Shown here in pieces: positions 26,410 to 35,905 of a DNA stretch of 64,000 bases. The number at the start of each line of letters is the position of its first letter. The first letter of the stretch is position 1. Origin of the DNA: an uncultured bacterium (GTDB taxonomy: Bacteria; Patescibacteriota; Minisyncoccia; Phycocordibacterales; PALSA-1337). The stretch spans positions 4,820 to 68,819 of the forward strand of contig CAIQCJ010000002.1 of assembly GCA_903870315.1 (NCBI GenBank), written 5' to 3'. The notes below the pieces were generated by a model. That model had not been told where the DNA came from. It did not search any database and saw only the letters and a program-made list of their open reading frames with translations. Made by a program: the position numbers and the translations under genes.

Positions 26410-26628
26410 ATGACAAAAGGAGAGGAAAGTAGTAAAAAACCAAAAGGAGGTCGTGGTAAAGTCGAATCGCTTCGAAATCAAGCCATTGTGACCTTATACG
26501 AGACTGATCATAAGCTCTACAACACAAATACGTTGGGGAAGTTATTCGGGCGCGATAGGAAGACCGTTCAAGGCATTATTAAGAGGTTTGCACCTTCACA
26601 GCAAAATAAGACGGCTATCGGCCAATAA
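26410..26628 (+). CDS. Small basic HTH protein (excisionase / transposase-HTH-like)
   Basis: 72 aa, LRNQAIVTLYETDHKLYNTNTLGKLFGRDRKTVQGIIKRF helix-turn-helix-like segment. Directly downstream of int. Promoter-like TTGTAA-17-TGaTAAATT ends about 7 nt before the ATG (possible leaderless mRNA). Confidence 0.4.
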   Translation: MTKGEESSKKPKGGRGKVESLRNQAIVTLYETDHKLYNTNTLGKLFGRDRKTVQGIIKRFAPSQQNKTAIGQ

Positions 26629-26849
26629 AAGGCCTAGGCGGGCTCAAAAGAGTAATCCACTTGTCGCACTTGCTATATGTTGTGGGATGTTTATACTTAA
26701 TGGTGTGATCATTGAAAACTAGATTCTCCACGAAACTTCGGGTGATAGGGGAACTTTTATAGCCGCTTCGAGCGGCATTACAAATACGACACTATGTCGC
26801 ACAATATATCTTTTGCGAAGTGATAAGATATGAAAAAACCGATTATATC

Positions 26850-27173
26850 TTAAAGGCCTGGAGACGGTAGCATCGAAGGTATCTGCTGTATATTGGTTGG
26901 TTGGCCATTTTTCATGGCTGTAAGGTTAGTTATGGCAGGCTTCCAGATAAGGTCTATGAATACTCCATAAAGATATGTTGCTGGTATCTTCAAAAAGTTA
27001 TTCCATATATCCACTACAGAACCACCAACGTATGAGAAATTGTCTTGAGTATTTGGAGAATTGACTATGGAGCGCAAGTTATAACCAAAATAACTCAGGG
27101 TCAGGATAACAACTACGACAAGTATGATCATATTTATGAATCCCCTATTTGTTGACCTTTTTGGAAAAAACAT
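26850..27173 (-). CDS. Small hypothetical membrane protein
   Basis: 107 aa, N-terminal hydrophobic segment. At the phage/host junction, origin unclear. Confidence 0.3.
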   Translation of the reverse strand: MFFPKRSTNRGFINMIILVVVVILTLSYFGYNLRSIVNSPNTQDNFSYVGGSVVDIWNNFLKIPATYLYGVFIDLIWKPAITNLTAMKNGQPTNIQQIPSMLPSPGL

Positions 27174-27238
27174 TTTTGTTGGCGCTGAGGCGCATTAATA
27201 TTTAAAAATCCTTGAACTATGTACTTATTTTACAATAA

Positions 27239-28549
27239 TTATGGTAAATAAGAAAGTGGGTTTAGATATGCTGAGAAAGGCGCAATCGGAATAACCGCAT
27301 CGTAGCAGTTCCTGCTTGATGTAAGTGGTTGGATGACGACACCTTGACTGGCATAGACTCCAAAATGTAGATGTGGCCCAGTTGAATATCCAGTATTGCC
27401 ACTATAACCTATAATATCTCCGGTAGACACAGTAGACCCTATGGTAGCTATTGGCAATGAGAGGTGTGCATACAATGTCGAAAGTCCGTTGTTGTGTTTG
27501 ATCATTACCCATTTACCAAAAGAGTAGCAACCCTTAACTAGATCTGTATTCCCTGTTCCTACAATAATTCCGGAAAGGGCAGCTTTTACAGGTGTGCCTA
27601 TAGATGCGCGGAAATCTACACCGGTATGACCTTTTCCGTTGTATATCTGTGGATTGGCAGTAGAAAACGAAGTATTACCGAAATATTGGGTTATCTTCAC
27701 TACGTCTAGCGGCCAATTCAATATACTTCCAGTTTTTGGTATGGCAGACTTATCGACTGAGGTTGTCAGTTGGGATTCATAGTTCAAAACTTCTTGTTCA
27801 AAGGCTTGTTGTAGACGTAGTTTTTCAGCTAGGATACTTTGATACTGGGCTTGGGATTGTTTGGTATCTTGGAGAAGACTGTTTTGTTGTTGAGCCGTAG
27901 ATAAGACTATGGATTGCTGATTTTTCTTCTGTTTGCTCAGAGAAAGCAGGTCGGCACGAGCTCTCTCGGTACTACTTTTTGTAGACTCCAAAATAGTTTT
28001 ATTTTTCTTCAGGCCGGTTATACGTTCCAGTAGCTGGTTTTGTACGGTTCCAATCTTAGTCAATGAATCCAGAGTATCTGATATAGATTCACTACTCAAT
28101 ATCTTCTCAACCAAAGTAGACCCACTATTTTCTGATAAAGTGGCGAAAGTATCAGCTAAGATACGTTTATCATCATCTATATTCTGAGCACTAGAAGAAA
28201 TATCTGAAGATAGTCTCTGGATATCGAGATTCTTGTTTACTATCTTAGAATTGGTTATTTTCAACTCATCTGAAAGTTTCTTTTGTGTCAACTGAAGAGA
28301 TTTTATGGTCGATGTTAGAGATGAAGCTTGTCCAGACAGTGTATCGATCTGACTCTGGTAACTAGCGATTTCAGTTTCTAGATTCTTGATATCCTGATTC
28401 CTCTGGTTAATCTTAGCCTGGACAGTGTCTACAACAGCACAGGCTGAATGGATTTGTAGGCTTATAGATAAGGTCATAACAGCCACAACTATAAAAATGT
28501 AGTTAGCAACTGATCGATAGATCTTCTTATTTGAGCTTGGAGATAGCAT
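27239..28549 (-). CDS. M23 family metallopeptidase with N-terminal coiled-coil (EnvC-like murein hydrolase activator)
   Basis: Long Q/S/L-rich coiled-coil then HTGVDF and HLHFGV M23 zinc-binding motifs. Confidence 0.7.
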   Translation of the reverse strand: MLSPSSNKKIYRSVANYIFIVVAVMTLSISLQIHSACAVVDTVQAKINQRNQDIKNLETEIASYQSQIDTLSGQASSLTSTIKSLQLTQKKLSDELKITNSKIVNKNLDIQRLSSDISSSAQNIDDDKRILADTFATLSENSGSTLVEKILSSESISDTLDSLTKIGTVQNQLLERITGLKKNKTILESTKSSTERARADLLSLSKQKKNQQSIVLSTAQQQNSLLQDTKQSQAQYQSILAEKLRLQQAFEQEVLNYESQLTTSVDKSAIPKTGSILNWPLDVVKITQYFGNTSFSTANPQIYNGKGHTGVDFRASIGTPVKAALSGIIVGTGNTDLVKGCYSFGKWVMIKHNNGLSTLYAHLSLPIATIGSTVSTGDIIGYSGNTGYSTGPHLHFGVYASQGVVIQPLTSSRNCYDAVIPIAPFSAYLNPLSYLP

Positions 28550-29912
28550 TGTTCAAGCGTTCCTTAGTCTCTTCTGGTCCAAGTAAGAAAGCAGATATAA
28601 ATGGGTCTGGAGAACGTTCTTGACCAGTTAGAGCAACGCGTAGTGGCCAGAGAACATTGCCCTTACCAGCGGTTTCGGCATAAGACCAAAGTGCCACTTT
28701 GACAGCGTCTGCTGTGAATCCATATTCACCAACCTCTTTCTCCAGACGAACTAGAATATCCAAAGATTTTTCTAGGTGAGTTTTCGTATTTGCCACAGAA
28801 GGATCTTTCTTCCAGAACAACATATCGTTTGGATATTGTGGTAATTCATTGATAAAGCCAAGTTCACCAGAAACACTAAATATGTTGGTAATATCTCCGA
28901 AAGAAGATATCTTCTCTTTCAATATAGAAGCTAGACGCTTATTCAAAGTACTTCCGCCAGAGAGCCATTCTGGCATGAATGGAGAGGCCAGATCCAGAAA
29001 ATTCTGATCGGTTAGACGCATGAGATACTGGTGATTGAACCAAGATAGCTTTTCTTCATTGAAGATGGCACCACCTTTTTGGATGCGGTTTATTTCAAAC
29101 TCTTTTACTATTTCTTCAAAAGTTAGGAATTCTTTGTCGTCTTTGGGGTGCCAACCAAGAAGTGTCAGATAATTGACAACAGCTTCTGGCAAGTATCCCC
29201 TTCTACGGTATTCTGTTATAGAAGCACCACCATTTCTCTTTGAAAGTTTAGACCGGTCTTTTCCTAGAAGAAGTGGCAGATGAGCATATTTAGGGGGAGT
29301 AAATCCTAAGGCCTCATATATAAGTATTTGTCGAGGTGTGTTGGATATATGATCTTCTCCACGAATAATATTAGTGATACCCATCTCTATGTCGTCTACG
29401 ACCACAACCAAATGGAAAATCGGCTCATCTATGCTTTTTGCTATAACAAAATCTCCAAGTTCAGTAGTATCAAATTCCACTTTTCCACGGATCATATCTT
29501 CGAAAGATACTTTATTCTTTGGATTTCTGAAACGTATAACTTCAGCCCTGGTAGTAGATTTGGTTGTCGCGGCTATAGAGCCCCCCTCTTTGACTGGAGT
29601 CTCCTGGGATATATAGGCGTGTCCAGAGTCTATGAGTTTCTGGATATATTTTTTGTAAATTTCTGTGCGGTCAGATTGTCTGAAGAAGGCATCGTATTTG
29701 AGACCAAGCCATTCTAGACTCTCAATGATATTTTCTTCATACTCTTTCTTGGATCTTTCCTTATCGGTATCCTCTATACGCAAGATGAATTTGCCGCCAT
29801 TTTGTCTAGCAAATATACAAGAAAATAGTGCGGTTCTATAACTACCGACGTGAAAATATCCCGTTGGCGACGGGGCGAATCTCGTCACAATTTTCCCGTC
29901 ATTATGATTCAT
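28527..29912 (-). CDS. gltX: Glutamyl-tRNA synthetase
   Basis: HIGH-type motif SPTGYFHVGSYRTAL, KMSKS-type LSKRNG. Class I aaRS architecture. Confidence 0.85.
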   Translation of the reverse strand: MNHNDGKIVTRFAPSPTGYFHVGSYRTALFSCIFARQNGGKFILRIEDTDKERSKKEYEENIIESLEWLGLKYDAFFRQSDRTEIYKKYIQKLIDSGHAYISQETPVKEGGSIAATTKSTTRAEVIRFRNPKNKVSFEDMIRGKVEFDTTELGDFVIAKSIDEPIFHLVVVVDDIEMGITNIIRGEDHISNTPRQILIYEALGFTPPKYAHLPLLLGKDRSKLSKRNGGASITEYRRRGYLPEAVVNYLTLLGWHPKDDKEFLTFEEIVKEFEINRIQKGGAIFNEEKLSWFNHQYLMRLTDQNFLDLASPFMPEWLSGGSTLNKRLASILKEKISSFGDITNIFSVSGELGFINELPQYPNDMLFWKKDPSVANTKTHLEKSLDILVRLEKEVGEYGFTADAVKVALWSYAETAGKGNVLWPLRVALTGQERSPDPFISAFLLGPEETKERLNNAISKLK

Positions 29913-29921
29913 TGGAGATAT

Positions 29922-30425
29922 TTATCCTTTTATTTCTGCTCCAGCCGATGCTGTGGCTTTGAAAGTCTTCAAGATAATATTGCCATTCTTATCAGTTATA
30001 GGTTTGTCTGTAGAAATATCGAACTTCTTATCGCCGTTGTCTGAATATAGAACTGCATAGTACATATAACCGTCTATCGTTGACTGCGTAAGGGTAATCT
30101 TTGCTGGAGCTATGCCTGCCGAGAGGTATGTCTGGCCTATGACATCTTCAGGCTTACCACCAACACTTTTCTGTATAATTACCCAGCCAGGGTTGGCCAA
30201 CTGAACCGATGATACATAGACTACGTTTCCTGGGTACTGATCTGACATAATCAATCCATTTGAGGTGTTGCTGGTAGATACAGTCTGTTCTGGTGCTGTG
30301 ACTACTGGGGCCTCGACGCCTTTGTTGCTGAAGACTATAACACCTATAACTATCAAAGCCACAATGACTACCGCCGTTACGACCCATTGCCAAGCTTTTA
30401 TGCCATTTGTGTTCTGATTTTCCAT
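29922..30425 (-). CDS. Membrane-anchored hypothetical protein
   Basis: N-terminal TM (WQWVVTAVVIVALIVIGVIVF) then Ser/Thr-rich extracellular region. Confidence 0.4.
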   Translation of the reverse strand: MENQNTNGIKAWQWVVTAVVIVALIVIGVIVFSNKGVEAPVVTAPEQTVSTSNTSNGLIMSDQYPGNVVYVSSVQLANPGWVIIQKSVGGKPEDVIGQTYLSAGIAPAKITLTQSTIDGYMYYAVLYSDNGDKKFDISTDKPITDKNGNIILKTFKATASAGAEIKG

Positions 30426-30465
30426 AGATTTTAATGATTATTTTTAATAAAGCTATTATACTGCT

Positions 30466-31599
30466 TTATTTCTCATGTGACAATGCTATATCGATAATAG
30501 CTTCAGCGATGATCAAGGCGCTATCTGGTTTGGAAAAATCTTTAGCTTTTTGCGCCATAAGCTGCTTGATAGCAGGATTATTGTATATACGATCCAGTTC
30601 TTCTATGAGAATATGCGGTGTCATATTATTTTCTTCTATAACTACAGCGGCACCAGTCTCTGCATAAGCAAAAGCATTCGAAGTTTGGTCATGACTTATA
30701 GAATTTGGCAAAGGTATGATGATAGACGGCTTGCCCCAGTTAGCTATCTCAAATATAGTCGACCCAGCTCTCGAAACTATAATATCGGCCACGCCAGCAG
30801 ACATGCGCATAGCCAAATCATTCAAATAGTCAAAAGGATGATATCTATCCTTATAAGGATGGTCCCGTAATATCATATCGGATGTACCTTTTATCTCTTT
30901 GAGATTTTTCTTACCGGTTTGATGTATGATCTGGTAACGATTGAGAAGTTCTGGTATAGACTCAATAATAGTATCATTGATAGCTTGTGAACCTTGTGAG
31001 CCACCCAAAATAAGTATTGTTGGAGTATTTTGTTCCAATTGTAAAAATTCATGAGCACCGTTAACAAGTGGTGTAGCTATGTCTCCACGTATAGGGTTAC
31101 CAGTGAAAGCAATCTTACTATTGTCTGTGTTGAAATATTTACTGGCACTTTCATAAGAGACAGCTATCTTCTTTGCAAATTTGCCAGCCCATAGATTGAC
31201 TCTGCCTGGATGACTATCAGATTCGTGTATAACTACAGGTATCCTAAGCAGTTTGGCTGCAAATATGGCTGGAAAACTAGCGTAACCACCTTTCCCGACC
31301 ACAACATCTGGATATATAGAATACATCTTGATAGTTGCTGACAGACAGCCAACAATGGTCTTGAATATGTCAGTGATATTTAATATAGAAAAATACCTGC
31401 GTAACTTCCCTGCTGGGACATAAACATATTCTATCTCATTGTCGAATAAGGCGCGTGGATTGTACTTGTCTGGCGCCATATAATAAAGAGTTGGCATAAG
31501 TATCTTGCGATCCTTGGCTTGTTTTCTTAAATTTTCGACTATGGCAATGATAGGATAAAAGTGTCCGCCAGTCATACCTCCTGTAAATAGTATTTTCAT
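30466..31599 (-). CDS. murG: Undecaprenyldiphospho-muramoylpentapeptide beta-N-acetylglucosaminyltransferase
   Basis: N-terminal MKILFTGGMTGGHFYPIIAI (G-loop of MurG). GT28 size and position next to ftsW. Confidence 0.8.
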   Translation of the reverse strand: MKILFTGGMTGGHFYPIIAIVENLRKQAKDRKILMPTLYYMAPDKYNPRALFDNEIEYVYVPAGKLRRYFSILNITDIFKTIVGCLSATIKMYSIYPDVVVGKGGYASFPAIFAAKLLRIPVVIHESDSHPGRVNLWAGKFAKKIAVSYESASKYFNTDNSKIAFTGNPIRGDIATPLVNGAHEFLQLEQNTPTILILGGSQGSQAINDTIIESIPELLNRYQIIHQTGKKNLKEIKGTSDMILRDHPYKDRYHPFDYLNDLAMRMSAGVADIIVSRAGSTIFEIANWGKPSIIIPLPNSISHDQTSNAFAYAETGAAVVIEENNMTPHILIEELDRIYNNPAIKQLMAQKAKDFSKPDSALIIAEAIIDIALSHEK

Positions 31600-31649
31600 A
31601 GATATTTATTTTATATAGTCTATAATATCATCTTTTTTCTATAATTTCC

Positions 31650-32753
31650 TTATTGTTGTTTACGGTGTTTGGATATATTCGCGACTATACCCGTTGCCGC
31701 TAAGGTGATGATCAGGGCCGTTCCCCCGTGGCTGACGAACAAAAGTGGTACACCAGAGAGAGGTATTATACCAAGCATAGCAGCCATATTCATGAAGGAT
31801 TCGGTGATCACTAGTATTCCTACTCCTATAGCCACAAAAGCTCCGAAAGAGTCTACAGATCTGGTGCTGATACGAAATATGCTCGAAGCAAAAAGTATAT
31901 ACATAATAATTAGACCGACGCCACCAATAAAGCCGAACTCCTCCGCAGCAACAGCGAAAATGGAGTCATCGGTTGGTTGAGGTAAGTATCCAAACTTTTG
32001 TATGCTCTGACCAAAACCACGCCCAGATAACTGACCAGAACCTATAGCTATGAGAGACTGATTGATCTGGTATCCGGCACCTTGAGTATCGCTGGATTTA
32101 TTGAAAAATGTCTGCACCCTCTTTAAGGCATAAGGTCGCATAGAAACAACCCCAACAACAATAGCTGCCATAAGAAGTAGTGCTATGGTTATGTGTTTGA
32201 GTGGCACACCAGCGATAAATAGCATGACTATGCCAGTTCCACCGATTATAAGGAGTGTGTCTGTGTCAGATTGTATAAGCAGGAGTATGCCAAGGATTGT
32301 CATCATCACTATATAAGGGAGCAGACCATATTTGAAAGTTTTTATCTTGTCTTTGGCGAAATATATCCAAGCAGCTAGATATATAATGAAAGCAATCTTC
32401 AATAATTCTGATGGTTGTAAAGATACTGGTCCTAGACTAAGCCAACGGGAAGCTCCACCATGATATATAGATAGTGCTGGTATAAAAAGCAGTAAGTTCA
32501 CGGCTATGGAACCCATGAATATGAAAAGTGCTGACTTCCTCAACCAGCTATTATCAATCCTAGAAAAAACATAGAAGGCGATTATTCCTAGGACCAAGCT
32601 TAGCGCTTGTTTCGCGGCAATCGTACCGAAACTTACATTACTTTGAGCCAAGAGTCCTAACGACGCAGATAAGAATATAAAAAATCCTAATATGGTCAAA
32701 ATCCCAACCATCGTCAAGAAAAATCTGTCTATTTTGTTAGCGTGCGAATCCAT
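31650..32753 (-). CDS. ftsW: SEDS-family peptidoglycan glycosyltransferase FtsW/RodA
   Basis: Polytopic membrane protein ~367 aa, multiple TM helices. Canonical ftsW-murG adjacency. Confidence 0.7.
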   Translation of the reverse strand: MDSHANKIDRFFLTMVGILTILGFFIFLSASLGLLAQSNVSFGTIAAKQALSLVLGIIAFYVFSRIDNSWLRKSALFIFMGSIAVNLLLFIPALSIYHGGASRWLSLGPVSLQPSELLKIAFIIYLAAWIYFAKDKIKTFKYGLLPYIVMMTILGILLLIQSDTDTLLIIGGTGIVMLFIAGVPLKHITIALLLMAAIVVGVVSMRPYALKRVQTFFNKSSDTQGAGYQINQSLIAIGSGQLSGRGFGQSIQKFGYLPQPTDDSIFAVAAEEFGFIGGVGLIIMYILFASSIFRISTRSVDSFGAFVAIGVGILVITESFMNMAAMLGIIPLSGVPLLFVSHGGTALIITLAATGIVANISKHRKQQ

Positions 32754-33376
32754 TATGGGCTTATTGTAGCGTTTTCTAACTGGCTAGCCTCATTTGTTGA
32801 ATGTGGATTGTTTTCAGATTGTGAGTTTCTGAATAATTCTATGTCACTACGGACTAGCTCATAATCTGGTAAATCAGATATCTTCGAAACGCCCATGTGT
32901 GCGAGGAGTTGTATGGTCGGCTTGTATAGAAAACTACGTGCGTCTTTAGGATTGTCTACTCTTTCTACCAGACCACGTATAAGCAAAGCGCGGAGTATGA
33001 ACTGGGAATTGACGCCACGTATATAGTCAATATCAGCTCTGGAAATCGGTCCTTGGTACAAGACAATAGATAATGTTTCTAGGCCAGCCTTACCAAGATC
33101 GCGTGATAGTTCATCCTTGGTTAATTTTTCAATGAGCGGAGAAAGATCTGATGAAGTGCCTAGTGTAACTTCATCTTCGGTTTGGATGATGGTGAGGCCG
33201 CGGCTATTGAGCGCAAGTTCTAGGTCAGTCAAGCCCGCTTTGACGTCTTCCATCGTGATGCTTTCGCCAAGTAATGTCGCTAGCTTTTTTATAGCTAGAG
33301 GCTCGGCTTTCCAGAAAAGGATGGCTTCAATACGTCTAGCTATGCCATTTGCTTGATTTGGTAATGTTTGCTCCAT
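32753..33376 (-). CDS. scpB: Segregation and condensation protein B
   Basis: IEAILFWKAEPLAIKKLATLLG and tandem winged-helix organisation. Adjacent to scpA. Confidence 0.75.
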   Translation of the reverse strand: MEQTLPNQANGIARRIEAILFWKAEPLAIKKLATLLGESITMEDVKAGLTDLELALNSRGLTIIQTEDEVTLGTSSDLSPLIEKLTKDELSRDLGKAGLETLSIVLYQGPISRADIDYIRGVNSQFILRALLIRGLVERVDNPKDARSFLYKPTIQLLAHMGVSKISDLPDYELVRSDIELFRNSQSENNPHSTNEASQLENATISP

Positions 33377-33422
33377 AGGATTTATCTATAAGTTTGATTA
33401 TATCATCTGGCTAGTCAACTAA

Positions 33423-34184
33423 CTAATATCTCGGCAACGACACGTCTTTTGTCTCCATGTTAATATCTCCATAAGTCGATTCTTGCGTGACATGCATTAC
33501 CCCTTGCTTTACAAGTTCAAGCATAGCAAGAAAACTTACGATCACATTCACCCGATTTTCTTTAGTCAATCCGGTTCCGTCACCAGCGTGATCCTTTGTA
33601 AATTCCTTGAAGCTCATGCGTAAGTGGCTAGTTATGCGGGTGGTCAGAGTACCAATCATATCTTCCAAACTGATAACTTTCTCGACCACAACTTGTGGTA
33701 ACTTCTCCTTCTTTGGTAGTCGATTTATAAGATCAGCGAGTGTCATGCGCGCTTTCTCTAGAGTGAATTCTGGGCTTGGCACGAAGACCGGAGTTGCGAA
33801 ACGTGACCTTGAATGTGCCGACTGTGACTGTTCGAATATCATATTGTTGCCGAATATTTCATTTATACGTTTTCCAGCTTCTTTGATACGTTGGTATATT
33901 TTCAAACGTTTCTCCAGATCATCCATATCAGACTTCTCATCTTCGGTAATATTAAGTTCCGGTAAAAGTGACTTAGACTTTATGAGGAGAAGTGTCGAAG
34001 CCACCAAGATGAAATGAGCCGATTCTCCCATCGGCATATTATCGAATTGCTTCACATGCACGATAAAGTCGTCAGTCACTTTCGCCAATGAGACATCATT
34101 TATAAAAAGTTTGCGCTTCTCGATAAGGTCGAGGAGTAAGTCTAGTGGCCCTTCGAATGCCTGCATTTTGACTGTAAATGACAT
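33423..34184 (-). CDS. scpA: Segregation and condensation protein A
   Basis: N-terminal FEGPLDLLLDLIEKRKL kleisin motif. Confidence 0.75.
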   Translation of the reverse strand: MSFTVKMQAFEGPLDLLLDLIEKRKLFINDVSLAKVTDDFIVHVKQFDNMPMGESAHFILVASTLLLIKSKSLLPELNITEDEKSDMDDLEKRLKIYQRIKEAGKRINEIFGNNMIFEQSQSAHSRSRFATPVFVPSPEFTLEKARMTLADLINRLPKKEKLPQVVVEKVISLEDMIGTLTTRITSHLRMSFKEFTKDHAGDGTGLTKENRVNVIVSFLAMLELVKQGVMHVTQESTYGDINMETKDVSLPRY

Positions 34185-34223
34185 AGATTGAACTTATATT
34201 AATATAACAAATAGAAGTATTTT

Positions 34224-35243
34224 CTAAACGACACCTACAGCACGCTTTACCTCTTCAAGTTTTTGCGACGCGACCTTATTCGCTCTTTTTGCGCCATCTG
34301 CTAAAACCTTCGCTACAACCTTTTCAGCTTTCTTGGATAGCTCAGCTCGTTTCTCGCGCAACGGTTTGACAAATGCATCGATATCTTCCACAAGCGCATC
34401 CTTAAGCACTTTGTATTTTCCTTTGTTCGCCTCGTAGAGCGGCTTGAGCTCGGCTTCGCTCTTGAAAAGTTTGTGGATGGCGTAAACATTTTGTGGGATG
34501 CCATCGGATGGTTTTCCATCTGGTCCGATAGCGCCAAGCCCAGCGTCTGTAACAATACTCATAACCGCCTTTATGATCTCCTCGCGCGTGGCAAAAAGAG
34601 GAATCGTGTTGTTGTAACTCTTCGACATCTTGCGGCCATCGATACCTGGTACCGTAGCGACATTCGGAATGATGAGCGGCTCTGGAAGCTTGAAGGTTTC
34701 ATTTCTAAATGTATAGTTGAACTTCTCTGCAATATCACGAGCGTATTCGACATGTTGCTTCTGATCTGATCCAACGGGCACGACGTCTGTATTGTAAAGC
34801 AAAATATCTGCTGCCATGAGGACTGGATAGTTAAATGTGCCGACATTGAGTTCCTTGTTCTTCGCCTCCGCGTCCTTGTAAGCGTGCGCGCGCATGAGGT
34901 ATGGCATGGTCACGATAGTGTCGAATATCCACGCCAGCTCTGTGTGTGCCGGAACATCCGACTGTTTGAATATGATAGACTTCTTCGGATCGAGTCCGAT
35001 GGCTAGGAAATCTAACACCAACTCTTGTGTTAGTCTACGCATCTTGGACGCGTCTTGGACCAGGTTCAATGCGTGATAATCCGCGATGAATAAGTAGCAT
35101 TCATAATTTCCGGAATTCTGTAGATTGACGAATTGCTTCATTGCACCAAAATAGTTTCCAATATGAGCTTGGCCAGTTGGCTTGATGCCTGATAAAAGGA
35201 TTTTCTTTTTTGATGCACTTTTGGCACCGGGTTTATTGAACAT
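34224..35243 (-). CDS. trpS: Tryptophanyl-tRNA synthetase
   Basis: SGIKPTGQAHIGNYFGA (HIGH region) and KMSKS (RKMSKSYNN). Confidence 0.85.
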   Translation of the reverse strand: MFNKPGAKSASKKKILLSGIKPTGQAHIGNYFGAMKQFVNLQNSGNYECYLFIADYHALNLVQDASKMRRLTQELVLDFLAIGLDPKKSIIFKQSDVPAHTELAWIFDTIVTMPYLMRAHAYKDAEAKNKELNVGTFNYPVLMAADILLYNTDVVPVGSDQKQHVEYARDIAEKFNYTFRNETFKLPEPLIIPNVATVPGIDGRKMSKSYNNTIPLFATREEIIKAVMSIVTDAGLGAIGPDGKPSDGIPQNVYAIHKLFKSEAELKPLYEANKGKYKVLKDALVEDIDAFVKPLREKRAELSKKAEKVVAKVLADGAKRANKVASQKLEEVKRAVGVV

Positions 35244-35378
35244 GACTATAATAATAGCAGAAATATGCGGAGAAATGGAGGTTTGTAGAGTTGTTGACGT
35301 ACTGTTAATATGTATGGTATAGTTGTGAAAGTAAAAAAGGGGGGTTCTTTAAATTCAAACTGTACAAGGAGGAAAAAT

Positions 35379-35813
35379 ATGAAGATTAGTAAAAATAAAG
35401 TTGGGGTGTTGTTCCTATTAGTATTGGTAACAATGCTCTTGGGGTCGATAAAGTCGAGTAGCGCCGTCGATGATTTGACCGCGTTTATCTTGGCGGGTCG
35501 TGCTGATCAAGTAGCCTCGTCACTTACAAATGAAGTACGCGAAGTTGCTATAAAAGCCAAAAAGGCCGACCGGTTCGAAAAGCAACGAGCAGTGCTTCAG
35601 TTGACGGATATACCGAGCGTGATAATAACTGCTGGCGCTATACCTCGTGACAATATGGCCGAGCTAAATGATGAACGAATCACTGTAGGTGCAAGGATCC
35701 GTTACAACATAAGTAGCCAATTCACCATCATTGGTGAAGCTGGGGTTCCGGCAAGTACTATGCAAAGAGTGACTGGAAATGGTACTTCACTCTTTCTGAA
35801 GTATAAGTTCTAA
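35379..35813 (+). CDS. Secreted hypothetical protein (signal peptide)
   Basis: aggagg RBS then ATG at 35379 (MKISKNKVGVLFLLVLVTMLLGSIKSSSA). ORF-track start 35310 likely spurious. Confidence 0.4.
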   Translation: MKISKNKVGVLFLLVLVTMLLGSIKSSSAVDDLTAFILAGRADQVASSLTNEVREVAIKAKKADRFEKQRAVLQLTDIPSVIITAGAIPRDNMAELNDERITVGARIRYNISSQFTIIGEAGVPASTMQRVTGNGTSLFLKYKF

Positions 35814-35824
35814 CAAGTATGACC

Positions 35825-35868
35825 CAGCGGCCGTCCAAGCAATTGGATAGCCGCTGTTTTCATTTTCT
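35825..35868 (+). terminator. Rho-independent terminator after secreted-protein gene
   Basis: cagcgg ... ccgctg stem with internal ccaa-gcaa-ttgg mini-hairpin, then ttttcatttt. Confidence 0.45.
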
Positions 35869-35905
35869 CAATTGCAAAGTATTTCCTCTGTCATATTGCG
35901 AATCT

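Larger units (their letters stand above)
1..26700 (+). mobile_element. Integrated prophage (partial; left end outside window): siphovirus-like structural and lysis modules, defense cargo, integrase
   Basis: Contiguous + strand phage morphogenesis gene order, lysis cassette, tyrosine integrase at 25423-26367, then abrupt switch to minus-strand housekeeping genes from 27.2 kb. Right boundary not precisely determined; no tRNA or long direct repeat identified. Confidence 0.6.

Noticed and set aside
25080-26850. Searched for a tRNA gene or long direct repeats (att sites) flanking the integrase
   Set aside because: No cloverleaf-compatible sequence with a T-loop motif was found. Only the short TGTGGGAG motif repeats and a GCCGC-TTCGA-GCGGC palindrome at 26769-26783. 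The att site could not be defined from this window alone.
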